Below the pieces are notes generated by a model. That model was not told the DNA's origin. It did no database searches and saw nothing but the letters and a program-made list of their open reading frames with translations. Source: Azolla caroliniana (taxonomy: Eukaryota > Plantae > Polypodiophyta). Taken from it: a DNA stretch of 64,000 nucleotides. Each line of letters opens with the position of its first letter. The stretch's first letter is position 1. The translations under genes were made by a program, and so were the position numbers. Shown here piece by piece: positions 37,590-49,029 of the stretch. The DNA is taken from positions 8,928,001 through 8,992,000 of the forward strand of contig JBHGNT010000011.1 of assembly GCA_043228905.1 (NCBI GenBank), read 5' to 3'.

Positions 37590-39400
37590 CTAAAACTGGT
37601 TGGAGCAAACACATCGGAACCTTAAGTTGAGCTTGAGGGGGAGTATTGAGAGGCAAGCTCAACATGGGCCGGATCGGCTGAAAAAGTTGAGAGCCGGATC
37701 GGACGTGGGTCGGCCGGTGTCGCGAAAATACGACGAGGATACGCGAACTTAAGGCAGGACCCCGGGGCCTCCGACCAGAGGATAATCACATTCATGCGTT
37801 TATATTTTTAACAATTAACGAAAAGAAGAAATTTAATAATTTTCATTAACAAAGGAAAAAGAAATTACAATATGTCCCAAGATTGGGATTTAGAAGTTTT
37901 AGATTTACTAAGATTAATAGAAAAGAAAAATTAGGGGTTTTGGTAGATATGGCTTCCGTAGGGAAAATTAGGATTAGGTTATATGAGTATTATGGCTTCC
38001 GTAGGGAAGATTAGGGTTTTTGAGTGTTATGGCTTCCGTAGGGAACTTTAGGGTTTTTGAGTGTTATGGCTTCCGCAGGGAATTTAGGAATTAAGAGAGT
38101 TATGGCTTCCCTAAGATAAGGGAGCTAAGAAGGAAAAGAAAAATAATATAATAGATGGAGAGTCTTAGTGTAAGAAAAAAAATGGAATATATATAGAGTT
38201 TTCCCTTGATCATAGCCTTTCCACTTTTTGTTGCATGGCCTCTACATTTAGTTGCCTCTCTTTTTCTTTTAGTTGCATGGCTTTTTCTTTTAGTTGCATG
38301 TGACCATCCACATGACCTTTACTTTTTGCATGCACTCCAACTTTAGTTGCTTGCGTCCACATGGCCTTTACTTTAGTTCTCTTCACTTTACTTTAGTTTG
38401 TTGCTTGATCCCATCTTTCGTCCGTCCGCGTCCAACCTCGTCCGGTAGCCGGTTCCGCCCGATCGCTGAATTCCTTGCTGGCCGGTTCCTTTTTGCTTGC
38501 TGGTTACGGTTACGGTTTTGCTTGCCGATTCCGGTTCTAGTTTGCTTGCCGGCCGGTTCCAGGTTTGCATACCCGTCGGTTCCAGTTTGCTTTCCGGTAC
38601 CGGTTTCGGTTTTGCATACTAGCAAGTTTCCAATTTGCATACCGGTTCCGGTTCCGGTTTTGCTTACTGGCCGGTTTTCCGATTTTAGGGAATTTGGCCA
38701 CCATCATCCATCAAGACAAAGTGGCCAAAGTGCTCTTAGCACAAATGAAAAATGAGAGAGCTCAAGGTGGTTATATAGCCAGGGCCTTAACTTTCCTATC
38801 TATGTGGGATAGTTCTAATTTCCCTATCTTCTCAAACTTTATTTTCACATAACTTGATATGTATTTCTCCATTTTGTATATAGTAAAATACGTTTTGAAG
38901 CTCTTGAGTATATCCATCTTTCTATAGTAAGATACTAATCTAATCTATAATAATTATTTCATTATTTTATTTTATTTTTACATAATGTATGAAGATTCAC
39001 ACGACACCGGCTAGGCCTGAATCGGTTGAATAAGCTGTAAGCTGAATCGGCTCATATTTTGACATGCCGTTAGGGAGCCTAGATGCCTATTTTAGTAAAT
39101 AGGCCTATTATAGGCTAATTAGTGTTAGGCTCCGTTAATGAGCATTGAAGTACTTGTCAGTACTTCATGTCAACCCTGTCAAAGGACTTGTATAAAAAGT
39201 GCTCTATGAGCACATTGTATGTACTCACACTAAGTACTAAGTCGTTTGGTAATCGAATTTTTTGTTGTCTGCGTACTCAGTCTCTCCCTCTCTCTCATAT
39301 TCTTTGTGTTTACCTAACTGTTTGTTCTGTCTCTGTTGTCCACTCAAGCTGGTTGTGTTCGCACTTGATGCTTCTACACATGTATCTTTTTACTAGAATA
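37590..39400 (+). mobile_element. Copia 3' end and LTR (same family as 29444 and 49030), interrupted by a solo LTR
   Basis: aagttgagcttgagggggagtattgagaggcaagctcaac (PPT plus LTR start) at 37624. The LTR resumes after 39006. Confidence 0.7.
37718..39006 (-). mobile_element. Solo LTR related to the 33574 family
   Basis: TGTCG..CGACA termini and a 4-bp TSD CCGG. The minus-strand start tgtcgtgtgaatcttcatacattatgtaaaaataaa resembles the 33574 LTR start. It contains about 5 copies of ttatggcttccgtagggaa and ccggtt-rich repeats. Confidence 0.85.
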
Positions 39401-40100
39401 TAGTGGCCAATAGGAAGCACACAAGTTCTTTGATAGGATTGGAATTCAGTTATCATTGACAACAATATATAATCTTGAGGAAAATGGGAAGATAGAAAGA
39501 GGTCATGGCCCGATAATCAAGGGACTTGCCAAGGCCTGCAAAGGAAGAGTGGGTAATTGGCCAAAAGTCTTGCCATATGCATTATGGGCCGATAGAACCA
39601 CACCCAGTTTGGGTGACAGAATATATGTTGATAGAGCTCATGACAGGACAAAAGCCGATGATGTTGATTGAAGAGAAGATTGTTAAATGGTTGGTGCTCC
39701 CATGGGAGTTGAAAAGCAATGTCAAGCAAAAGATGTAGAAAAGGTTGTTGAGAAGTTGAAGGAAGCTTGTATCAAGAACAAAGCAAGATCTGACAAAGTA
39801 AAAAGACTATGACCATGAAAGATTCAAGAAGGAGATTAGTATTGGACAATAGCCTCGAGAACCAGCACAATACACTGAGGAAGTTCACAAAACGGTGCTT
39901 TGGGCCTTATGAAGTACGCAAGGAGACTGATAAGGCTACCTACTACCTAAACGCGGGATTGAGATACTGACACTGACACTGATTGCAAGAAAAAAATAAA
40001 GTTGTTCAAGAGAAGAGAAGACATTGAACCTAATTTCATTGAGCATGAGGATGAAGACCTTCTTGAAAAGGACCGGAATGAAGTGGTGTGAACTTGCCAA
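39400..40100 (+). mobile_element. Degenerate Gypsy integrase fragment
   Basis: YNLEENGKIERGHGPII..WPKVLPYALWADRTT and a GPY-type motif (FGPYEV..ATYYL) near 39900. Confidence 0.8.
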
Positions 40101-41122
40101 CATCGTTTTGCTCCTATTTAGAATAATCACATTATTAATGCCTCTTAATAGAATATCAACAATGCAATAAAGGATTGTACAATAGGATTGTGCCACGATA
40201 TTTGACAAGATTCATGTTAATATATAGAAGTGTAAACCATGTAATACAAATGTTGAAGCAATACTATCCACATGCTTGAAAAAGCATCATGACTCTTGAT
40301 CAACAAATATAAAAATAAATAGTGAGAAAATATAAAGTAATTGAATCATTACATAAATAATGATAAGTACGTCAAGGTTATTACAGTGAATCATTACATA
40401 AATAAAGTTATGACATGATGCTAATTTAGTTCATGTTGTTGAAATTTAAAGAAGTGAAAGTATTTGACACATTTCTTTGCTTTATGTAAAATATGAACAA
40501 AGTAGAAGTTAAAGTCTTGCTTTCTATTGATAGATATTGTGTATGTGATTGGTCCTCAATTTAACAATATTCACCTTAATATGCAAGGCAAATATAGTGC
40601 AAATTTGGTAAAGTGTTCATTCAGAAGTAGAATACCGACAAGCTCTTTTCGTATGAATCATGATAAGATATGAACTCGTCATATCTAACCTTTCATATAA
40701 CTACTAGGTGAAAGGAATAAGGGAGAAAGGTTGAACTAACTTTTAAAACGACCCCTCAAACATTATTGTCCGTGAATGCCCACCTCCACTCGATGTACCA
40801 AGCAATCAAAGGCATCAAAATAGTCCAAATAGATGAATGGTTGCAATGTACACAAGAATGTTGATGTGTGACACGTGAAGCAACATTTGAAAAAGATGTT
40901 GATATGAAAATTACCCTACCCAATGTTCAGTTTATAGGAGATACAACGGGTGGGGCTTTATTCCGCTCAAAGAATAATTGAGGCTTGAAATTCCAAACTA
41001 GCCATGGAAGGGGAAGGATTTGGGGCACAAAGTGGCGCAAAACATTGCCAACGACACAAATGTTTTTTCAAAGTACATATAAATAAATAAATAAATAAAT
41101 CTACAAATAAAAGTATAACCTC

Positions 41123-41161
<39 letters not shown>

Positions 41162-41464
41162 AAACACACATTTCAATGTCAGAAGTGGGTATGTATGTAG
41201 TACATATTAGGGGTGGGGTGTGTGTGTGGGTGTGGTTCTTTGGATTACCAATCTTCATCGCCAAATTATTACTAATACGATCAATCATCCACAACTGACA
41301 CACATATGTATTAGATATAGATAGATAGATAGATAGATAGACAGACACATCCATCGATAGATAGAGATACACAGAGATTCTCGCCCAATTACACTCTCGT
41401 ATCATCACCATCCACACGCAGCACGCACACACACACGTACACACACATATGAGCAGAGAGCAAC

Positions 41465-44400
41465 ATGCGACGCCATGGCTGGCAGCTCCCTTACCATCCG
41501 CTACAGGTATCTCTCCATTTCTTCCCTTTTTTCTTTTGGGTTTACCTCTTCTTTCCTTTGGCAACAATGGACTTGAATAGCTAAAGCTTCAAGATGGCAT
41601 TTAGTTTTTCTTCTCTCAAATTTGTGTAAGAAATCTGTCTGTTCACACTAGTAGATGCAAACAGACAAAACTAATTTGATTATTTAGCAATGAAGGAAAT
41701 GATGATCCTTGTCTTACCACTTCCCACCAAAACGGCTGTGCCGATTGATTGATGGATTCTGAACCTATTTTCTAACCACTGTTTGCAGATTGTCGCAGTA
41801 TCGGTCTTCCTGGCATTGGCGTTTTCCTTCTATGTCTTCTTCATCCCTTTCGTTGTATCCACGGTCCTGAAGATTGCAATTTTTGCCCTGTATTCTCCTA
41901 CGGTATGTAAAATATTTAGTGCAAACTTCTGTCACAGAACAAAACCCTTTAGTTTTTCTCTGAAAACACACTTCTCTATTAGGGCAGGCAGGTGTGCATA
42001 TCTTCACCCATAATTCCAGCTATGCATATGCTTGGTATTGGCAATAATGTTTGGACACATGTGATGGATATTTTCTTTCTTTTTATCAGGTTTCTCTAGT
42101 ATTTGTGCTGTATGTCTGGTGTGTGGGAGTAAATCCAGCTGATGATGGATTGCTCACAAGTGGTTGCGGCAACAGAAAATCACATTCGTGTGGAAACCAT
42201 CCTGAGCATAGCCGTGTATTAGATAACTCCAGATCAGCCACATGTCTTGACATTGAAAACAGAAAGGACGAAAGCATGCATAAATCAACTGAGTCACACC
42301 AGGAAATTTCGCAGTTTCCTTGTATGATGTTTGTTTTATTTCAAAGATGCTTATGCAATTCAAAGCACAAATCTCCTGTCAGTGAAGATGACATGCTCTA
42401 CTGCAGTTTATGCAAAGTAGAGGTAAAAGTTTACACATGAGGTTCGCATATGTTTTCTGGTCTGGTTCTTTGCATCGTCAAAATGTTTTCTATATTTGTG
42501 TCAAGCAGATCTCCGCAGATAGCAAACACTGCAGAGTCTGTGATAAGTGTGTCAGTGGTTTTGATCATCACTGCCGAGTGCGTTCTTCTTGATTTCCAAA
42601 TGATGACGTTATTAATATTTTTCTCCTCAGGCAACGAAGTTTTGATCCATGAATTGCATTATGCAGTGGCTGAATAACTGCATTGGGAAAAAAAACTACA
42701 AGGAGTTTGTGGCATTAATGGTTTCAGCAATAGCAATGGTAATTCAGTATTTAGTCATTCACAGATGTTTTCAGTATGTGTGCTAGAACGTAACATTAAA
42801 TATTGATATAAAATGTTAAGAAAGTTGTAAGACATCTTTACCTTGGATTCTTTTACAGCTAATTCTACAGTGGTCTGTTGGATTATGGGTAATGGTGCAT
42901 TACTTCCTAAGGCTGTCTTATTTCCAAAATCTCATCCTATTAAAACTAGGTAGCAGTTTTTCATCTGTGGCTTACATTATAATACTGGTAAGCATTGGAA
43001 GGAAAGTTATTTAATGGGATTCTCCTACTTTAAAAGTTTGAGTAGATGAAGTGGGTTTTGTTGTAGGCATTCTGCACATTTCTTTCAATGGCAGCAACTT
43101 ATCCACTTTGTCAACTCTTGTCCTTCCATAGCATACTTATGAGGAAGGTAAAGCTGTGAACTTGCAATATTTAAAATCCATAGCATGAACTTCCTCCATT
43201 CAAGGATGAATCTGTAAGATATCTCAATCATAATATGGCAGGGGATTACGACATATGATTACATTGTTGCAATGAGAGAGCAAGATCCTAAAGGAGTAGG
43301 TGTCATTGTCCATAGTCTTGCTACTTCCCCAATAAGCTCTATTGGAACTATTACAAGTGGTGGCAGCTCAATTGGTGGTTTACATGGACGGGCCTGGTGC
43401 ACGCCCCCCCCGACTTTTTATTGATAATGAGGTAAGACAGAGGAGAGGGATTGAGAGAGAGAAGGAGAGATAAAGAAAGAAAGATATATTAACTTCTTTT
43501 GGGAGGCCAAAATGGCCTATAAGACCAAACAAAAGATTGCAACGTAAGTGTTGTCTCATCTTTGAGAACAGCAAATCAAAATAAAATAAATGTTATTAAG
43601 TAAACATAAAAGTAAATAAGATAAAAGAGACCAAAGAATCTTGTTATCTGCACATTTAAGATTTAAGTCAGATATACTGTGACTTTGTCTTCGAAAGATC
43701 TCTAGCATAGGTTGATCCAGAATGGAGAGGTCTCCAAAGCGAGGGAAGCACGTCCGATGGTGGAAGATAATGACCTTAATATGCTGATGACAAGGGTGGT
43801 GAGATCATGGTCTATGAGGCTGGGGCCTACGTGCACGACAAATTGCTATTGCCTGATCTATTGTAACCCCTTTATTATGTCTTGGTTGGAAGCCCCTTTG
43901 TGTAGCCCTTGATTGACTTGTAGCATCAGTAGGAGTAATGGGGCTAAAGAAAGTTGTGATTGTTCTTTGTGGATAAGCTTGTGTAGTTGTACTATTGTCC
44001 TTCAACAACTTTTCCGTGTCTCTTGAGTTCTAGCAAGAAAAGTCCTACGCTCTATTGGTCCTCATATTCCATTACCTTGCATAGTGGGCCAAAGCCTTGT
44101 TTAAAGGGGCAATGGTATCTCTCTCTTATTTCATAAAAGATAGTACAGTGAATAACATAGTGTTCTTCAGATTCCACTCCTTGCTGAAACTAATTGGAAA
44201 ATTCTTTCTTTCTAGAGGTATTCGTGCATATCTGCCTACCTGAATCTCTAGCTGATGTGATGAAGTTCACAGCTGCCCTATCACACTGTACAAAAATGAG
44301 CTATATATTAAAGAAAGAAAGATATATTAATGTCTTTTCAGAGACCAAAATGGCCTATAAGAGCAAACAAGAGTTGCATCTGAAAATGTTGTGGCATCTT

Positions 44401-45416
44401 TGAGAACAATGAATCGAAATAAATGTAAGTAAAAACGTAAATAGAAATAGAATAAGATGTGATGAAAGAATCTTGTCATCTATACACGTAAGCTTCTCTA
44501 GTAAGATATATTGTAATTTTTGTCTTTGAAAGATCTCTAGCATAGGTTGATCTAGAATGGAGAAAACTCCAAAGTGAGGGTAGCATGTGCATAAATGCTA
44601 GGAGATAATGGCCATTATCTGTTGATGCCAAAGGGTGGTGAGATCGTGGTCCACGAGGCTGGGGCCTATGTGCATGATGAATTGCTATTGCCCGATTTAT
44701 TGTACTGACTTGGCAATGTTTTAGTCGGGAGTCCATTTGTGTAGCCCTTTTTTGACTTGTAGCATGAGAAGTGATGGGGCTAGAGAAAGTGTTGATTGTT
44801 CTTTGTTGATGAGCTTGTGTGGCTTTATTATTGTTCTTCAACAACTTATCCCTCTGTCTCTTGATTTCTAGTAAGAAAAGTCCTAGGCACCGTCGGTCCT
44901 CATACTTCATTACCTGCTGTAGTGGGCGCCTTGCTTAAAGATGCAATGCTATCTCCCTCGTATTTCATAAAAAAGGGTACAATAACAAACATATTGATAT
45001 TCAGATTCGACTCCCTAATAACACAACTAGAAAGTTCTTTCTTCTAGAGGTATTAGTGCATATCTCTTTAAATTTACTCAAGTATCATCTCTTCTTCCTC
45101 ACAGGGCATTGGAAGGTTGCTCTTGCTTGTTTGCGTATACAAATTCCTTGAGCTACTTCGCTTTGCCAGCATTACCTTGTATTATGACATTCCTCATCAT
45201 ACCAACTATTTTGTGTAACTATCCCAGGTTTGGGTGCATTGCTGATTGTGTGGAGAAAGGCATTTATGGCTTCCTCTTGGGGAGCATTTATGCCATTGTA
45301 TACTCTAGAACTATGCTCATCAATTATCTCCTGGATAAATTGGTATTTGGCCAGCCCGCTCTTATTCTTATCATATACATCCTTTGTGCATCCATCCTTC
45401 ACCTCAAAAGCATAGA

Positions 45417-45472
<56 letters not shown>

Positions 45473-45898
45473 TGAAATGTTTCCCAGGAAGATGCTGCAT
45501 CAGAAAGTCATCTATCAATGAAAGAATGGAACTCGAGGGATAGTAAGAAAAAACCAGTGAAATTAGACCCATGGAATTTGGCTACTTTAAATAAAGATGA
45601 GGTTTTACGTCTTGCAAGCATTGCCAAGAAAAAATCATCTATATTGAGACCAGTTTCTTCCAATCCAAAACTGGTTTTGGAGGGTGTAAACATGAGTAGC
45701 CAGCCATATTCAAATAGGAGTAAAGGATCCTCAGAGGGAGTTCTCCACCATGATGATTTTGCAGTGAATGAGCGTGGTAAGCTGCCTGGAGACTCTTCCA
45801 ATACATCAATTACACATCCAACTACTGGGATTATAAGGAATCTGCCTTCCCAGGTTGAGACCATGAGCATGACTGCATTACCAAAGCAGCAGCCATAG
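41465..45898 (+). CDS. DHHC protein S-acyltransferase (PAT22-like subgroup), 9 exons; apparent +1 frameshift in exon 8
   Basis: Exons 41465-41506 ([14 protein letters not shown]), 41789-41902, 42090-42422, 42509-42577 ([19 protein letters not shown]), 42667-42738 ([11 protein letters not shown]), 42859-42987, 43067-43147, 43242-43431 ([13 protein letters not shown]) and 45488-45898 ([19 protein letters not shown]). All boundaries are GT-AG. Confidence 0.92.
43455..45415 (-). mobile_element. Two head-to-tail family-A LINE 3' fragments plus an upstream ORF2 piece in the last PAT intron
   Basis: Tails gaaagaaagatatattaa at about 43475 and about 44312, each followed by sequence matching 8860-9400. 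The segment [12 protein letters not shown] is at 45172-45210. Confidence 0.88.
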
Positions 45899-47040
45899 CT
45901 CCATGCCTTCTCTACCACCACTGCCCCAGTATTTGCATCTCCTCCATCCAATATATAACTCTACAAAATATGCACTCTTTGGATGTTATGGATGGGTAGT
46001 GCATATTGAGAAACCCAAAACTAAATGTATAGGGTTAGGATGAAGTGAGCAGCAGCAGTAGCTGGACGTATGAGCAGTAAGTGTCCCTCACAAATGATGA
46101 TGGAGACTTCAGGCTTACGATCAAAATTAGATTGATGTACACTATACGGTGCCCCTTGTATGTATATATGTACATGGAAAAAGAACATGGCCTTCTTGTT
46201 GGCCGGATTAACATTTCTTGCATTATGTCTAAAATTTATCCAAAGCACATTTGAGAAAGAAATCTCTGGTGTGTCCTCTCAAAAATTAAACAAAGAGTAC
46301 AACAAACTAACATGAAGATCACGTTTCATACAAATTGTGGAGGAGATACTAAGAATGCAAAATACATAGGAGAAACCTGCAATGTGAAATTATGTTGTAA
46401 ACAGAAAATAACTTTGTTTTTGAGGTGTTGTGTTCAAAATCTTTAGAAGTGGTGCTCCACTACTAGTAAACAATTAGGGGAGGCGCCTTGGTAGAGAGTT
46501 TTAATAGGGTGTTGCTTAGCATTATCATTATGTGGTATGCCATTCCATACAACTTCAAATGCAAATGACATGAGAAAAATAAAGGTGATTAGTTTATGGT
46601 AGTAGCCTTGATAATTAGCACAACTCTTTATTGAAGCTCTCAAAGATGTGGTTTAGTTTGTATATAGTACTTCGCGGTTTAGAAACCTCAAGATTCTAGT
46701 CGAAGTGGCCACAATAGTTAGAGTATATGCATTTACTGTATAACGGGAATGGAAGTTGTTATGGAGATCTCTAATCTTGGTGCTTCATAATGGTTGACTG
46801 GGTTTATTGATGGGACATTTTCATGTTTGTTCTGAGGCAAATCAATCAACATCTATTCACACTATTATGGATTAACTAGCGGCTCAAGAGTAGGGAAATT
46901 TGAGACAAAAGTTATGTTAAGGGATGTATGGAAATGGATTAATGAAGATGAACGTGGTCATATGTTTCAATTAACTGAATATAAGGATACTTAGAGTAGA
47001 TTGGATCAAATGTATATGATGCATATTGAAGGGTTTTTAT

Positions 47041-48375
47041 TGTTGAACTAAAAGTCCTACTCCACCCATTGGTCCCTTTAGTGTGAACACTCTTTGGAGT
47101 TAAGGTTCAGTTACCCTATGTATAAATAAGAGGAACTAAGCCTTGTAACAGTGTTCAATGGGATTTGAATAAAACTGTATCTCTCTTGCAAAAACTGTGT
47201 AACTATCTTTCACTCTCATTCTCTGTACATCTTGCTTGCGATTGAACAATACTCCATCCCCTTGTTTCATGTTTGCGTGTTCCTACCAACAAGATCCATA
47301 AACTTATTCCGCATTTGTTTACCAAGGCACAATACAATTGCCAACAAGTGGTATCAGAGCAATCTTGGAACCTGAGCAACATCAATACAAGAAGAAGAAG
47401 CTTGAAGGAAAGGACTAGGCTACCAAATACCTCCAAAAGGAACTATGGCTTCAACATCCAACACAGGCTATGAAATAAGAAAGTTCAATGGCAAAAATAT
47501 TTCCCTTTGGAAGGAAATGATGCAGGACATGTTGATTATCAGATAAGTTGTCATCGATGACAGTAGGGATTCGAATGGTGATTACTCAATGAAATAACGA
47601 GGTCGACCATCCGAATGCACTTGGCCGAAAACATTTACTTTAGCACAACTAAAGAGACGACAACATTCACCCTATGGGAGAAATTACAATCGGTCTATGA
47701 AAAGAAGTCAAGCTCATCAAAACTCATCTTGATTCAGTAACTGTTCAACATGAAGATGAGGGAAAATGAGCCAATAACCTCCCATATCAACATCTTTAGT
47801 CGGGTGTTGACCAAACTCTACTGTCGGAAGAGCTTCGAAGGAAATAGATGGGTTTCAACATCGATGATTGTGCCAAAGCTCACTTCTCCAAGGGATTGGC
47901 TCAAAGAACTAGTTGAGTTCATAGCAGGGTGAGGAGGCAAAACAACCGACAATGGTCGAAGTTGAGAAGTGGAACGCCGAATGCCTACTGCACACATTGT
48001 AGAAAGGCTGACCACAATGTTTCCAACTGTTGGTCATTAAACAAGAAAGGGAAAGGCCGAAAATTCAATCTCTATATAGGCTCTTTCGACTCGAATCACC
48101 CTTCGAACGACAACCAGATACATGTTGTCGAATCGTTGTTGGGAGAAGTTCTGTCACTAGAAGGCGCGCCGATTGGAGAAATCCTGTTTAGTGGACGATG
48201 CATAGATGTGGTTGCATGATTCAAGTGCCACCTTTCGTGTGACCCCTCACAAAGAATGGTTTTTAGACTATTCGATCAGTGCCAACTCAGTCTGACTCGG
48301 AAATGGGCAATACTGCCAAATCGCTGGAATAGGTGAAGTGCCCATTCGACTGTTGAATGGAAGTCTGATCACCTA
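47041..48375 (+). mobile_element. Copia 5' portion: LTR, PBS, and degenerate gag and protease
   Basis: LTR TGTTG..CAACA at 47041-47346. tRNA-iMet PBS tggtatcagagc at 47349. KFNGKNISLWKEMMQD, the zinc knuckle CTHCRKADHNVSNC and a DSSAT protease-like motif follow. Confidence 0.88.
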
Positions 48376-48384
48376 GGCCGTCAA

Positions 48385-48720
48385 TGTGGAATAGAAAACA
48401 ACACTATAGGTTGAATAATAGCAAGTTGGTGTAAACAAGATCAACAAGTAGAATAGATTTTGAGCAACAAAAACAATTTAACTAGACAACAAAGAGAGAG
48501 AGAGACACAGAGACAAAGGCATAAAGTTGTAACTCTATTATTCAAATCTCAAGTTACAAAGAATGGAGACAACAACATCTTTATCAACTAGGTTACACGT
48601 TTAGTATATATAATAACTGAATTGGGGAAACTATCCTTTAGTCTAATTACAAAAATGTCCTAAGCCTAGTTTGTCCAAATGGGACAATGTGAATACGTCC
48701 ATTATACCTCGACACTCCCC
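48385..48720 (-). mobile_element. Probable LTR with an adjacent PPT
   Basis: TGTGG..CGACA termini followed by ctccccc, which is a PPT on the minus strand. Confidence 0.5.
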
Positions 48721-49029
48721 TGTAATGGGTGTATGCAACAAAAAATCTGTAAATAAAAGAATAAACAAACTATAGATTTACAAAAGGATGTTGGACAAAT
48801 CGGCTTATAGTCGAATCCGCAATGGTTGAAAACAAAAGCCAGATTCGCTAGAAGTATTGAAGCCGAATTGGCTATGCCAATTGTTGATGACCGAATTTAG
48901 AAAGAGTCGAAGCCATCCTTGTGGCCGACTCAATTAGACTGATATCTCTTTATGCCCATTTGTTGCCGTAGTGGCCGAAATCAGTCAATCGGAAGACATT
49001 TGGTCATCCCATCTACTACATTGTCGACC

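Noticed and set aside
37945-38112. ttatggcttccgtagggaa repeats with short variable gaps
   Set aside because: The gaps are related to one another (ttagggtttttgag variants), so this is a degenerate tandem repeat inside a solo LTR.
38294-38852. ORFs of 60-153 aa
   Set aside because: They arise from ccggtt-rich repeats inside a solo LTR.
46640-47040. Possible LINE endonuclease remnant (SRLDQMY-like motif)
   Set aside because: It is too degenerate to support beyond one short motif.
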